From positions 1-64,000 of the forward strand of contig JAMDHS010000068.1 of NCBI GenBank assembly GCA_029717555.1: a stretch of 64,000 nt of DNA, in the 5' to 3' direction. Of this stretch, positions 23,101 through 36,801 are shown piece by piece (positions within the stretch are counted from its first letter, which is position 1; the number at the start of each line of letters is the position of its first letter). Made by a program: the position numbers and the translations under genes. This stretch comes from Peribolospora baueri. Taxonomy: Eukaryota. The notes below the pieces were generated by a model. The model was not told where the DNA came from. It did no database searches and worked only from the letters and a program-made list of their open reading frames with translations.

Positions 23101-26100
23101 CGTCTCCGCACGACCGACCGTCTAGCCGAAGGCGCCATCCTAGCCAACCTCGTCCTTCTCGCTCTCGACGCACCCATGCAATCCTTCACCGACGTCATCA
23201 AAGCCTTTTCCCAAGTCAGCAGAGCCTCCGGCGCCGTTGATCCTCGGTACCATAGCGTGCCCGTGCTCATGGCACAGACGATGTTGGCCAAGGGATTGGA
23301 GGGCGACGATAATAAGGATAAGCAGGAGGCCTATCTTGTCGAGCTACTTCAGCTCTTTGAGTATAAGGGTATGCAGCTCCAGGAGCTGTCCGCCAGTCAG
23401 AAGCACGGAAAGCAGGAAGTGCGTCGTCCGTTTGGTTTTATTCTTTCTTTCTCTGTGGTGATCTCGCCTCGGGCCCCGCCTGACTGACTCTCGCCCATTG
23501 CTGCTGTCCCTTTGGTTTTTGTTCTGCCGTCCCTTTGGTTTTGTTTTGTCGCGCCGGCCCCCTTTGGGTCCTGAAAACAGATCACAGCCCTGACCAACGA
23601 TTTGGCCGCCTTGCTCCCCGTCATCGACACCCTCCTCTCTCACGAGGAGCTCGTACCCCACGTCGATCCCTCCCCCGAAGTCGTCTCCATGTTCCGCAAC
23701 ATGTGGTTCCTCTCCGTGCTCTTCGGCTTTGCCGACGAAAAGTCGCCTCCTGCTGCTGCTGCTGCTGCTGCCGCCGCCGCTCCGGACTCTGTCGCTTCCT
23801 CCTTGGAGCTTCATACCGACAGCTTGCAGAGGATCGCATTGAAGACGCCGGCGTTGGTGCCCGAGACGGCGCATAATTACCTGGAGAGCGACCTCGAGTA
23901 TAACTCGGTCCTCAGAAGGGACTTTTCCAGCGTCGTGAGTTTCGCCTTCGCCCTTGGCTTGGCTTTTCCCCTTCTGCTTGTCTCTCGTTCGTCTTTGGAT
24001 GTGCGAATGCGACTCCTTCCTTCCTTCCTTCGCTGACGTCGACCCGTTCGGACGATTCCCCGATCTCCCGCTACACTTGCCCTCTAGACTCTGAGCGCTC
24101 AGCGTCAGGCTTTGACCGCCGTCATCCCTTCGCATGCCCACGAGATCCGCTACTTCAGTCTCGCTCAGGTCACCTTCCTGCTCACCATCTACCGGCTCGA
24201 AGTGATGCGCTCCGACATGGGCCGCCCCTCCATGATGCTCTGGTACTTTGTCAACGAGGGCGTCAACGACAGTTCCCTGATCGGGTGTATGGAGGCCGTC
24301 GCAGACAAGGTCATCACCTCCGTCCTCTCCGACCTCTCCCGCCAAGTCGAGTGCCACAGCCTAGATCCGCAGATCATCTCCGAGCTCGAGCAGTTCCTCC
24401 TCGGCAGCTGCCACCGGTCCAAGAAGGTCCGCCACGTGTCGCTCAAGTATCTCGACCGTCTCTTTGGCGCGTACCCGTCCTTGCTCTGCGAGACCACTCT
24501 TGTCGTCTGCCTTTTGGAGATATTGACCCTCTTGAGAAAGGCCTGCGAGGGGGAGTATAACGACGAGGTGAGCCGGCGGCGGACAGGTTGGGCAGGAGGG
24601 GAGGGCGCGCGAGACGTCCGTGCTTTCTGCTGAAACGGCAACGCCTTTTCTTCCCCATGTTTCCAGTACACTCCCCAGTACAGCTTCGCGTCCTCCCGAG
24701 CCGACATCTCGTTCGACCTGTCGGACAACTATGCCGAGCGAAACGAGATCCTCACCCAGCTCCATCAGCGTGCCAGGGGATGGCTCGCTTCGGTCATGGA
24801 CCGCGCCCCGGTCGAGCTGCAAGGCATTCTGCAGGTGAGCCACTCGTTTCGCTCGCTCGTCGACGTTTTTCGAAGCGGTCTCGCATGTCAGACGGGTCTT
24901 TGAACGCCGTTTTCGCTACGGACCCCTTCGGCAGAGGTACCTCGGCACCGTGGACGACGAAACGCTGCCCGGCACGAACGAACTGGGCGCCTCGATCGCC
25001 GTCGACTTTGCACGTTTCATTCCTGCCTCCGCCCGCAAGGATAGTGAGTTTCATCGAAGCGAGCTGCCCCCCCCGGTCACCGGCTCCCTTTTCCTTCCCC
25101 GTTACTTTCTCATCTGATTTCCATCGGCATTTGCATGCGTGCACAGCGTTCTTGCCCCAGCTCGGAGGCTGGCGGGCTGATGCGTCCAGTAGCTTTGTGG
25201 GCGAGTTGGCGGCCAAGAGCAATTACCTCGGCGAGATGACTGGCATCCATCTTGCTCTATCTCAAGGTGAGACTAATCGGCCGACGACGCTTCTTTAACG
25301 ACGTCGCCTCATCCTCTCCACCGGACCTCGCCCCCTCCCTCCTGCCTGCGCCTTCTCTTCGCACAGGTCTCTTCGAGCTCCAGAAGGACCCGTCTTCGAC
25401 CGTGTCGCCGTCAAACGTCTCCGCCGTCAAGAACCATCTCAGGCGCCTCATGAACGCCTTTCAAACCAAGAAGGCCAGCCTCCCTCTGGCTGAACTGCGT
25501 CGCTTGCTTTACCGCTGCGCGGCCATCATCGTCGCTTTGCCGCAGGCTGATTTTGAGCTCTTGCACTACGTCGTCGCCATCCCCGTCCGAGTTTTCACCC
25601 CTTCTGCCCTCACCGTCGCCAGCCACGTTTGGACGTGGATGATCGGCGAGAGGCCGGAGATGGAGACCAAGATTATGGTCGAGATCTCCGCCGGTTGGAC
25701 TTGGTCCGTCAAGAACAAGCGAGGGCTCTTCTCACCCGCGCTCAAGTGAGTCCTCGTTCCCCGGGTTGAATGGACGTCGAGCTTGCTTCGGAGTCATGCT
25801 CACCCCGATGTCGCTACGCTCTGCGCGTCTCCAGCTATAAACACCCACTGGTGCAGAAGACCGAGTTTGCCGCCTTCGACCGCTCCGTCATCGACAAGAA
25901 CGAAGAAGCGGCGCGCAAACTTCTCGCCCCGCATCTCACGCTCCTTCAGATGATCTCGAGCCGGTATCAGGCCTTCCGTTACCGCGACCCCTCCATGGTC
26001 CTCGCTCTGATCCGACTCATTCAGCGCTCCGCTGAAATGGTCGATTCCATGAGGTGAGCCGAACCTCGCCCCAATCTGTTGACGACAGAAGAGCGAATAT

Positions 26101-28851
26101 GGGCTGCAAACGTGTCGCTCACACTATGTCGCTTGTCGCGCGACTGTGGTTTTTTTTTCTAGCACGCATCCCCTCGCACGAGAGGTGCGCTTCTCCCTGG
26201 TCGTCTTCGGCTTCAAGGTCTTACAAGGAAGCCGCCTGGAGGTTCTGATCGAGTTCCAGCTGCGCGAGGCCTTGTACAAGATCGCTCTCGCATGGTTCCG
26301 CGTGAAGCCGCAGTAAGTTCAAAGGCGAGGCCCTTGCAGACACACAGAGTCGCCAAGGTCGGGTGGATTGACGACGTTCATGTGGGCGGTGTTTCAGGTG
26401 GTCGTACGGGAGCAACCGCCTCCAGGTTCGCTCTGAGATGCAGCTCATGCAAGACCTCCTTGACGTGCTCCATGCGGACAGGGTGAAGGCCGGTTATTCT
26501 GTGACCAGCTACTCGCCCGAGTCGGCCAGGTCTACCTTCCCCGGTGAGCCCCCCTGGGGAGATAGTGGAGAGCTTCTTTCGCGCTCGGCCGGTCCTCATA
26601 TCGCCTTTTGCTTTTCTTGACAGGCGGCCCGAGTCCCGAGAGCGGCCCCGCATACTTCAATGACCGGGAACGGCTTTTACAACTGCTCGTGGAGAATGAG
26701 TTGTCCAGGTTCAGCGTCTGGTATAATCCCCTGCAGGATGCCTCGCGTGGACAGGACTTTAAGGGCGAGGTTGAGAAGAGCATGAACGAGGTAAGGGACT
26801 GTCCTGCTGGCCCTCAATTTATTCGACTTCCTCTTCTTACAGACGTTTGGCCGTACTTCATTTTTTGGTCGCGTCTTCTGGGCTGTGAAGGTGTCATGGC
26901 TCCGTATGATCCAGACGGCCTGGCGAATCGACCCGCGGCTGGTCGTCTTTTTCCCGGACCGCTTCAAAATCCCATCTGTGCTTAACGAAGTTACCCGGCT
27001 AATCAGAAGCGAGCCGGCCAAGGTCAGGGACATCCCTGAAGGTCTTCCCCTCCTCCTCGGAGGAAACTTGAGTGGGAAGGAAAAGCTTGATCTGAAGGTG
27101 CGCCTGGAATGTTCTGGGCCGCTAGGTTTTTTTTTTTTTTTCTCCCAGAGAGTTGGGTTCCTCACTAGCTTTGGTCTTTACGGCCTCAACGTCACGCCGT
27201 CTCTCTTTTTGTCGTCGCGAACAGCCTCTGCTTTACTGGGCGCCTGTCCCACCGGTGACAGCCCTCATGCTGTTCCAGCCGCAGTATGGCAATCATCCCC
27301 TCATCCTTCAGTACGCCATGCGTGTGCTCGAGCAGCACCCAGTAGAGTTGACCTTCTTCTACGTCCCACAAGTCGTCCAAGCTCTCCGTCAAGACGCGTA
27401 CGGTACGTCGAGGAGGAAAAGTGTGCTTGCCCACTTTGTCCCGAGTCGCCTCTCATGCTTTCTGCCGATTTTTCCATCAGGTTACGTGGAGCGTTTCATC
27501 TTCGAGACCGCAAAGATATCTCAGCTATTCTGCCATCAGATTATTTGGAACATGAAAGCCAACTGCTACAAGGACGACAACGCGGAAGAGGTGAGGTGGC
27601 ACCTTCTTCCCACCGTCCTTCAGCGTCTGACACTGAATCATTCGGTATTCTCAAACACATTGTTTCATTTCCCTGGACAGCCGGATCCGATGAAGCCAAT
27701 GCTTGATCGCTTGGTGGATATGATCGTCAACTCGCTTTCTGGCGAAGCTAAAAATTTTTACGAGCGCGAGTTCAGCTTCTTCAACGAAGTGACGTCCATC
27801 TCTGGCAAGCTCAAGCCCTATATCAAAAAGAGCAAGGCAGAAAAGAAGGCGAGCTTGTGTCAAGGCTCTCATGCTCGAGGTGGAAATCGAGGCTGACTGG
27901 ATTCATCGTTCATGCAGGCCAAAATTGACGAAGAGATGGCGAAGATCAAGGTCGATCCGGGCGTATATCTTCCTAGCAACCCTGACGGCACCGTCGTCGG
28001 CCTTGACAGGAAGTCGGGCCGGCCGCTGCAGAGCCATGCGAAGGTTCGTGTTATTCGATGAAGGAATTTATCGCTCAAGCCCGGCTTCTGACCTCTTGCG
28101 ACGGCTCATCATCCCGTCCGGCTGAACACTCAGGCACCGTTCATGGCGACCTTTAAAGTACATCGGGAAATCGAGGAGCCTACGACAGAGGAAGTCATGA
28201 TCGAAGGCGAAACGGGTCCAGACGGCGCACAGGAGCTCAAGCGCAAAGGTTTCGACGTTTGGCAAGCGGCCATCTTCAAAGTCGGTGACGACTGCCGACA
28301 GGATGTCCTCGCCTTGCAGGTCATTGCCATGTTTAAAAACATATTTATCAGCGTCGGGTTGGACCTCTACTTGAATCCCTATCGCGTCACTGCTACGGCC
28401 CCTGGGGTAAGCGTTTGCGTCTACACTCACGATTCGACTTTTTTCTAATGTCACTCATATCGTAACCCTCTGCTTTCTCTAGTGCGGTGTCATCGACGTC
28501 GTTCCTAATGCCACTTCCCGCGACGAGATGGGACGTGCCAAGGTCAACAACCTGTACACCTTTTTTGTGACTAAATTCGGCAATCCGACTACCATCGCGT
28601 TCCAAAAGGCTCGGCTCAACTTTATCCAGTCGATGGCGGCCTATTCGCTGTGTTGCTACATTTTGCAGATCAAAGATCGTCACAACGGCAATATCATGAT
28701 CGACGCCGGTGGTCACATTGTACACATCGGTGAGTAAAGTGGATTAGCGGCCAAGCTGGATGGACACCGTGGGGGTCTGACTTCATCCTCTTTCACGTGG
28801 ACATTGTCTTCGCCAGACTTCGGGTTTCTTTTCGATATAGGTAAGGGATCT

Positions 28852-28882
<31 letters not shown>

Positions 28883-29542
28883 CGTTGGAATTCCAGTAAC
28901 ATGGTCAGGTCTGAAATCTCCGCAACCGTCAGGTCCGGGCGGAATCAAGTTCGAACCGAATTCCTTCAAGCTCTCGCACGAAATGGTCGAAGTCATGGGA
29001 GGAGATCAGGGTTTCCGCATGTTCAGCGAGCTCCTGGTCAAGGCATTCCTCGCGTGCCGACCGTACGCGGATCAGATCATCGATGCCGTGCATCTCATGC
29101 TGGGGACTGGTCTGCCCAGCTTCAAAGGCGAAGGCACGATCAAGAGGCTGAGGGACCGGTTCCAGCTGCAACTGAATGAACGTCAGGCTGCGGTCCATAT
29201 GCAGAAGGTCATTCGCAACGCTCTTGAAAACGTGCGGAGCGTTGCCTATGGTAAGTGATCGTGCCGTCATTCCTAAAGATCCTGGTGATCGCATCACTCA
29301 ACACCTGTCGCCTTTTTTTTATTTACAGATTCGTTCCAACGCTGGCAGGTGCGTCACTCAATCCGAGCGCTTAAGTCAGGCTTGTTTGGCAGTGCTGATA
29401 TTTAATTGTTCTCCTTATCCGCCCTCATTTTTGTCGTTCATAGAATGGGTGAGCTCTCGTCACAAGTCCCGTCGATCTGGAGGGCTTGCGCTGATCCGTC
29501 GGCCGTGTCCGTTCTTCTTTATCACACAGCATTCCATACTGA
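20189..29542 (+). CDS. STT4: phosphatidylinositol 4-kinase type III alpha, many exons
   Basis: [119 protein letters not shown], and C-terminal NGIPY*. Confidence 0.97.
28853..28882. repeat. poly(T) tract of about 30 nt in an STT4 intron
   Basis: Seen directly in the sequence. Confidence 0.9.
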
Positions 29543-29704
29543 CGAGCTGCTCGGCAGGAGGACGGTCTGCTCCCGCAATCATATCTTAGCATGTTCTTGT
29601 TGCAGGACATTTCGCACAACGCAATCGAGTGCTCGGATTCTCAGGCTCGCATTCCCACCGCGCCTTCGTTTCAGATGAACGTGGCTGCCAATTATGCCAA
29701 CATA

Positions 29705-30886
29705 TTAAGCAAAGCTTTTGAACCAGTCCACCGTCTCGCGACCCCACTCTTCCGCTACCTCGTGATCCGTCGCCAGTACGAGTGCTAGGTGGATGAAAGA
29801 CGACCTGGTTGGTACTGTATGAGGGACAGGAAGAAGAGCAGTCTACTCACGAGGAGAAATATGGTTGTGCTTTCTAGCCAAGGCCCTCTTTCCTTTACCA
29901 CCCCGCTCCTTGTACCTTTCCCAGAACTCTTTCTCGGAGGCCTTCACGTCTGGGAAGTCATGACTGGTATGCATGCTGCGAAGCGGAGGCAGGGCACCCA
30001 TTTTCTTTTTGACCTGGTGCTTCGACAAGAGCAAGAGGAGACTGAGTGGAGAGAGTGTTGGAATCTCGAGGCCTGTGTGCGAGTAATACTTGAGCTGTAC
30101 CGGCTTGTCTGGTTCTTCGGTGTGAGTGAAATGGTAGGGTGTGCTCATTAAGGCAATCCCCTTAATGTGACTACCGGCAATGCTTTCCTCAAACATCTTC
30201 TCTTGCAGCATGTATGTTGCTGTGTCTCGCGCTCCAGCTCCATGGGCGAGGACGAATAGGCGATTGATGTCTCCACTGCCGTTCTCAGGCTTATGGAGGT
30301 TTTCGACCACCCACTGCAAGCAGTCCTTGATGTCTATGGCACCTTGAGGGAAGTGTGCAGGGTGCTGCAGCCTGTTGATGTACGGCCCATGAACAAATGT
30401 GTTAGGACCTTCGTCGAGTTTCACAGTCACATACGCACTCACCACCGGTAGTCAGCCACCACAGTTAAGAAGCCTCGAGTGGCAAAGAAACGGCCAACGT
30501 TGAGATATGCGAGCTTGCAGTTGCAAACGTAAAAGCTTCAGAAGCGGTCGAAGCAGCTCCAACTGTCGAGTTGTGTAATGTGTGCCATTGCTCACACGAT
30601 CTGCCTTCTCCAGCTCCCGTTCCCCGAGAGCTGACCCGCCGTTTGGAAAGAAGACCACAACTGGTGGGCTTTCATCCTCCCTGTCCTTCTCAAATGGCTT
30701 GGGGTGGTACACGTCTAGGACATGCCGTGAGGCGGGTCCCCACCGCAGCGTCTCGCGCCAGGTCGCTTGGATAGCGTCACGGCGTTTCTCTAGGAGAGGC
30801 GTCAGGGCCTTAAACGTTCCGTCGACAGCGGTGTCGAGGTTGGAGAGGTCGGCAGGAAGGGCCTCCATCAGATTTAGCGAAGCCAT
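29705..30886 (-). CDS. alpha/beta hydrolase (esterase / kynurenine formamidase-like) with the nucleophile Ser replaced by Gly
   Basis: WGPASRHVLDVYHP..PVVVFFPNGG..NVGRFFATRG..HFPQGAIDIKDCLQWV..LFVLAHGAGA..IKGIALMSTPY..HNHISP|PLVLATD..EEWGRETVDWFKSFA*. Confidence 0.85.
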
Positions 30887-31051
30887 GGAGGATTCAGTTA
30901 GGCAGAGAGGGTCGAAAAGCTAGATGAAACGATGGGGGCGAAGCTGGCTGTCAAACTGCCTCTGCCCCGCTTACAAAGCGGACAGAACGGTGACATAACA
31001 AATCGAGAAGTGTGCCGCGCCCAAGTTCAACGAGATATGGATTGCACTACA

Positions 31052-34000
31052 TTACACATCGACGTTGGCCTGGGCCATATTGAGGACCGTCCTGAAAAAA
31101 AGCTCCAAGTTGGCCTCGTCAATGAACGTTTGCAAACGGCTTCGCTCGGCTTCGTAATCAGCCATCAACGCATCGATTTGCTCCTGAGGCATTCCCACGA
31201 ACCGGGCGGCGACTTCGGACAGTGAAGGAACGTCGAGCGCTTGTGAAGGCGTACGGAAGAAGTCGCTGTCGACCTCTGTGGGTAATGGAGCACAAAAGAT
31301 TGAGATATAAGCATGAAATCGTCAATAGTGGGGTGGAAGTTGACTGACCGCGTTGAAAGGCCGTTTTGAAAGTGTGGAACAACGCCGTGGAACATAGCCG
31401 TTTCTCCACTTCGTCGTCCGACAGGCCAGTTGTCTTGCTTAAGACATCCCAACTACCAGGGCGAAAAGGAGAAAGAGAAATATCTCAGCTTCAGCGCACA
31501 TATTAAACGCTGGGGCTTTCCAAGACTCACTGGTCGCGCAAAAGTGTTCTCCTCCATATAGTCCGCAAGCACGCTTGAACGTGTCCTTCAGGTAGCTGGA
31601 CGAATGAGGCAGTTACGCACAACTCAGTGGACTCAGTCGGGAGTAGACTCCGTGCACCCTGCGCACATACATTCACTCGACTGAGGACTTCAATAGCCTT
31701 AGCAAAATCGTCAGCCTCCTCCTCTTGGTAGTTGTCTTTGAGCGTCAAAATATCCACCAGGCCCTCCGCGGTCAGCGAGTTGCCTTGAATGAGCTGCTTG
31801 ACCATCTTGACGAACAACTACTCAACGGAAAATAGTGTGAGAGTGCGATTTGCAGATCGCGCCCAAAACGTCGGCTGAACGATAGAACACTTACCGACTT
31901 GAAGGCAGGCGAGTTGTCCAAGCTAGTGGCCAGACGCTCGCAAATAAGTTCGGCTTGAGTGTCCGAAACATCATCGGAAACGTGCGCAACGGTCTGCTCG
32001 AAGAGGTCTCTGAGTTCCTCGTGCACCTCAACGAGATCAAGCTTGTCATCGAATCCTAACCCAATCCGGTAGAACAAGATTCTCGAGATACTTTAGCGTT
32101 CAAGCCGAAGCATCTCTTATCATGCGCAATCCGAGACAATCAACCCACGTTCGAGCTCTTGCTGCCCTCCGTCGGAAAGAACTTGCGAGATATCCATCCG
32201 AGCGAGACTAGCAAGCTTGCTGATGCTCAACATGAGCTGTGGTCAACAAGGGAGCGAATGATGTAATCAGGTCCAACTGTCACTCCTAATGCGAAGAAAG
32301 ATGTTGGAACTGACCTTCCTTTCTTCGAACGGCATCATTTCGTCCGCTTCGATAAGCAACTCTTCCGACGCCTTCTGGTAATTCGCGAACTGCAGGTCCT
32401 GGATCCAAGTGATTCTCGGGTAGGCGTTCTCGGCCAAATAGTCTTGAAGCAGTTGCTTATTCTTCTCTCCGTGATCGAGAAGAGTGCGGACTTGACCTGA
32501 TTCGAGACGGTTGCGATGTAATGAGCCTAGCTCGTATGACGTTCAGATGTATGTAACCGATGTTCAGACCCACCTCTCGCTACAAGCCATCCGAATAATT
32601 CGTATGCAAACGGCTGACCATACCGGTCGATGTAGCCCTGAATGCGCGAAGCATCTCCACTCGTCGGATCGTTACACAGCTCGGTTAAGGTGCGGAAATC
32701 AGCATATCGCTCTGCGAGCATGAATGCCTCGCGGCGCTTGTCGATTGAAACTGAAAGGGAGGCTCTTGGATCAGCTACCATTTGAATGACTAAGGGACCT
32801 GAGTCCTACTCACCGAGAGGGCGGACGACTTGAGGGCGCAAATCGAGATATTGAGCTAAGAGGGCGTCCTTCTCGCTTCTGCCCTCCGCGTCGACGGCGG
32901 TGCTATGATAATAGGACAGATATCGGTGGACCGTGAACCCCTGGGACCAGACAACCCTTCTGAAAACCCATGCTGGCATGGAGAAGGCTACTCACGCCTC
33001 CAGCCATCCCAAACGCTCCTCGAACGACATGAGCGTAAAGTCAGCCAGCTCGCAGAGCTGCGCCTTAAGCTCTCGATGCACTTTCCGAGCGGTGCCCAAC
33101 TCGTCATCGTCTTGCGCAAATATCGAGGCTCCTTTGTTGAGTTCGGCGCCGAAGTGACGTCTCCGTGCAAGGATGACTTGATTGGTGATTTGGAAGAGGG
33201 TGTGAAGGACCTCGAGACAAATTGGTGCTGACGTCCAAGGCTCCTCTACTATGGGGTCATTGGCGCTAATGCCATATTTTTCCGCGAACTCAGTACGATG
33301 GCGCCTGGCAGCGTCAAAGATGAGCTGATTACGGGACACAAATAAGCCAAAGTGAGTATCGGGATAAACGAAAGCATGACTAGCAGCTGACAAGCTCACA
33401 AGGATGATCTGGTTCGCCTCGAAAAGACTGGAAGACTTAGGATCCGTCCCTATTTGCTCGGCGCGAAGGTTTCTGGCCGTGTTCAGCACTTGCGGCAAGA
33501 TAGCGTCGAGCTCCGTGACCTGCAATTGACAAACGTCAAGTCAACCTCGACTCCGACCGTCGCCGAAAGGATGAAACAAGGGCAAACTGACATGATTTCG
33601 GAAGAACAGTCTGACAGGATCGTCTCCAAAGCCCTCTCCAAAGTCGCTCACGATCGTATGGATGACCGAGCGGAGAAGGTTATCTGACCCTCGTCGCCGA
33701 GCTTCGCTGTTACCGCAGATAATTCGTCTTAGTCACGCATGCAGACGAAGGTCCCAGAGTGATAATGACTCGACGACTCGAACTCACACGACGCTGACGT
33801 TTTGATGATGCCAGAGGTCATTGGCAGCTGCCATCCTCTCAGCGTCTTCCAGCAAGCGTCGACGACCGGTCTGAGACAGCTTGCCGAGCAGGCCATTCTC
33901 ACGAATGAAGTTAATGAGCAGCATAATCCTCTGGGACCGGTCAGCGAGTTGAAGTCGCATGTCAACAATAGGCGGCATGTTGCTGCAGTCTGCTTTAGCG

Positions 34001-36589
34001 GGGGGACAGACATCATCAGCTATTCCAGCATGTCTGGCATGAGAACAATGAGAACAGCGAACCCACTCGACGTGAGAATGTCCCGACTGAGAGACTCTGC
34101 TGCTTGGTTCAAATCGCCCTCAAAATCGCTTTCGATGTTAAAAGCGATCGGGTTCTGCGTGGCGCATCAAGCCAATTATTGGGTACATCAGCTGCGCTCA
34201 AATCAAGCAGACCTCCTGATTTCATCAGCGCACCTTCACATTATCACCGAAAAAGACGGCTTTTTCAATCGTAGCCCTGAGCCGGTAATTGGCGTCGCTG
34301 CTCGGACCAGCTCTGAGTCGTGAAAAACAACAAAACTCGGATGAGCATGTGAAAGGTCATTTACTGTCATCATCCAATTCACAACTCACCGAGAAACAGA
34401 TCGCGTAAGTGCTTCCAAGCTGACTTCGAAACCAAGAATGCCACTGGAAGCAGTGATAGCATAGAGCGTTGCCACGCCCTGCTCTGTACTTTCTGACGAC
34501 AATGGTGGAGCGGCGGCCCCCAAAAGCCGGTTCTTTGAGACATCGCGAAGGCGCACAACTTCTTTGAACGTCGAATCTGTAGACATCAAGGAAGATTAGC
34601 ATGTGACACTATAATATGAATAGGATAAGCAGAAACTCACCTTCTCGCAAGGAGAACATCACGATTGCCTCAGGGAACGTGACGAATGGCGGGGCGGCGG
34701 CGCCAGGGAAGGATAATTTCGGTGCCGAGAAAGGCCGCGGATCGCGGGGCTGCTTTCCCCGGACAAAATCATGTGAGGGGAACGTCTACGGGGGAGTGGC
34801 AAGTCTAGAAAAGCGACTTGACTCACAGCTTGATAACCGAGGTCAAGGAATTTGCTGACCTGGACCGACGCAGACACATTGGTGGGAACGTCAAGCACGA
34901 CGATCGCGTGCGATTGAAGGCTCGACCTGACATCCATGTTCTTGTCCGTATCGGATGGCGCGGATATCAAGACGGCGAGTTGCCCAGACCTAAAGGAGAA
35001 GGGCTCGCGTATGTTAAGGAACCCCACATCGTAGCGTAAGCAGTTCTAATGAACCTACCTTGCGACCGCTGCGTCCAGAAACTCCATTTTTGATGTTGCA
35101 TTCCACTTCCTTAGACCAGGTTTGCTTGCAAAATGCTCGGCGATGGTCTCACGCACATCGTATTCGGCGATGAGCTGTATGACGCAAGCAGTTAGCCCAG
35201 ATAATACCCAATTTGACGAAGATATCGTTGGCCACTCACCCGCTCGCCAGTCTCCGCCGACGCCTTCCACTGCTGGACGACGCTCCTTCCAAGAGCGTAT
35301 ACGTCTCTGCCTGCCCTCGCGTCCTTGTTTCCCACTGCGACCGCCACAATTTCTCCGGCACCCGCACCGCTTCCGCTGCCGAAGATTCGAGAGAGAACGC
35401 CAAGCGGCCGTGAGAATGGGGCTATGAGAAGAGCGGTGCGTCCGCCAGCGCTTGTTATCGAAAGCTTGAGAAGCCGTCCTTGACTCGTGGATAGGATGTA
35501 GAGCGAAGGCTGCAGGAGAATGACATCCAAAGAGTTCAAAATAAAGTTCTACGTGCACACGCGAACCACGATCCCCCCCGCTGGTCAGTCCTCACCTCGG
35601 ATCGAGCGAGCCCGACGATCTGCTCGCCTCTCGATAGAGCGAAGGAGGTGCTTTGCGCCTGGCCATCACCTATCAACGCCCTTCCAACGTTCTCCCAAAA
35701 TTTCACCTCTCCCGTCGCTGACGCGAGAACAAGGCCTGGCTCGCGGCCTTGGCCGTGTGGGACGAAAGCTGCGAATGGGAGAGGAACAACGGATCCAACG
35801 ACGTTCGTGGAGGGTTGAGGCACGGGTAGAATATAGCAAGTGGGAGACATAAAACCTCGCTGAAGGACATTATAACCAGGGATTAGCAAGGAGCACCTAG
35901 CTACGGGTTGAGAATTAAGACATACACGGCTCGCTCCACTCACCCTCGAAAGGTTCCACACAAAGCAATGTGACCTCGAAAGAAGGCAAGCAAATCCCGT
36001 CGTCGGGTCTACGTGTCCACTGAACGGATCAATGTAAAGGTCTATAACAGACAACGTCCCCGCCAAGGTGGGTGAGCTCAGCGTATTCTGAATACACACC
36101 AATCCTGAGGCTACACCGTCATGTCACTCATCTGGCTCCACTCCTTCATCCGCTTCTTTGCTCACCTGCATTTCTAAGAGCCTCTTGTACCTCCGATGGC
36201 AAGTTCGCGTAGACTGTGACAGCGAAATTCTCATCCTTGACCAGGACCTCTCCTTCCACGAGGCCAGCGGGCTGTTCGACGCGTCCAAAACCGGACTCGA
36301 CGTCTTCCATCGAGTCGTCGGCCCGAACAGAGGCAGCAGGTGACAAACCTAGTATTTGAGCAGATGGAGGGCTCATGCTCTGCGTCGATGCTCGGGACGA
36401 TGATCGAGGTGGTACGGGCGAAGATGCGTTCCGGGAGAGAGGTGTGACAAAGGGGGTGCCTGTACCAAAAGCGGCCTGTTGCGCGGGCGTGAGAGGCGGT
36501 TGCTGGCCTCGGGCGAGCGTGCCTTGCTGAGACCCTTTCAAGGCCAGATGCCTCCGCGAAGGCTGCCTTTGAGGCGTTGAGCTGAACAT
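31052..36589 (-). CDS. NUP133: nucleoporin Nup133, many exons
   Basis: N-terminal propeller-like region (EPGLVLASATGEVKFWENV, ILSTSQGRLLKLSI), EEPWTS, AFMLAERYADFRTLTELC, LMLSISKLASLA, LVDILTLKD, LRTIWRRTLLRD. Confidence 0.88.
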
Positions 36590-36801
36590 CTCTCGGCTCG
36601 CGGACGTGGTCGTCGCCGTGATATCGAACAGGGATAGGACATACAGTGTGGGACAGTGGTCTGCGAAGAAGGGAGTGATCGGCGGACGCGTTGAACAGTC
36701 ACGTGACCCAAGGTGCGTTCTCACGTGGCTCGCGGTGGCCTCCCTGCCCACGGGCCACCATCGACTCAACCTCTTCCACCATCCGGCCACGCTACAGAGA
36801 C
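36590..36801. promoter_or_regulatory. bidirectional promoter NUP133/GPI1 with E-boxes GTCACGTGAC (36698) and TCACGTGG (36721)
   Basis: 212 bp between divergent ATGs, with palindromic Cbf1-type sites. Confidence 0.65.
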
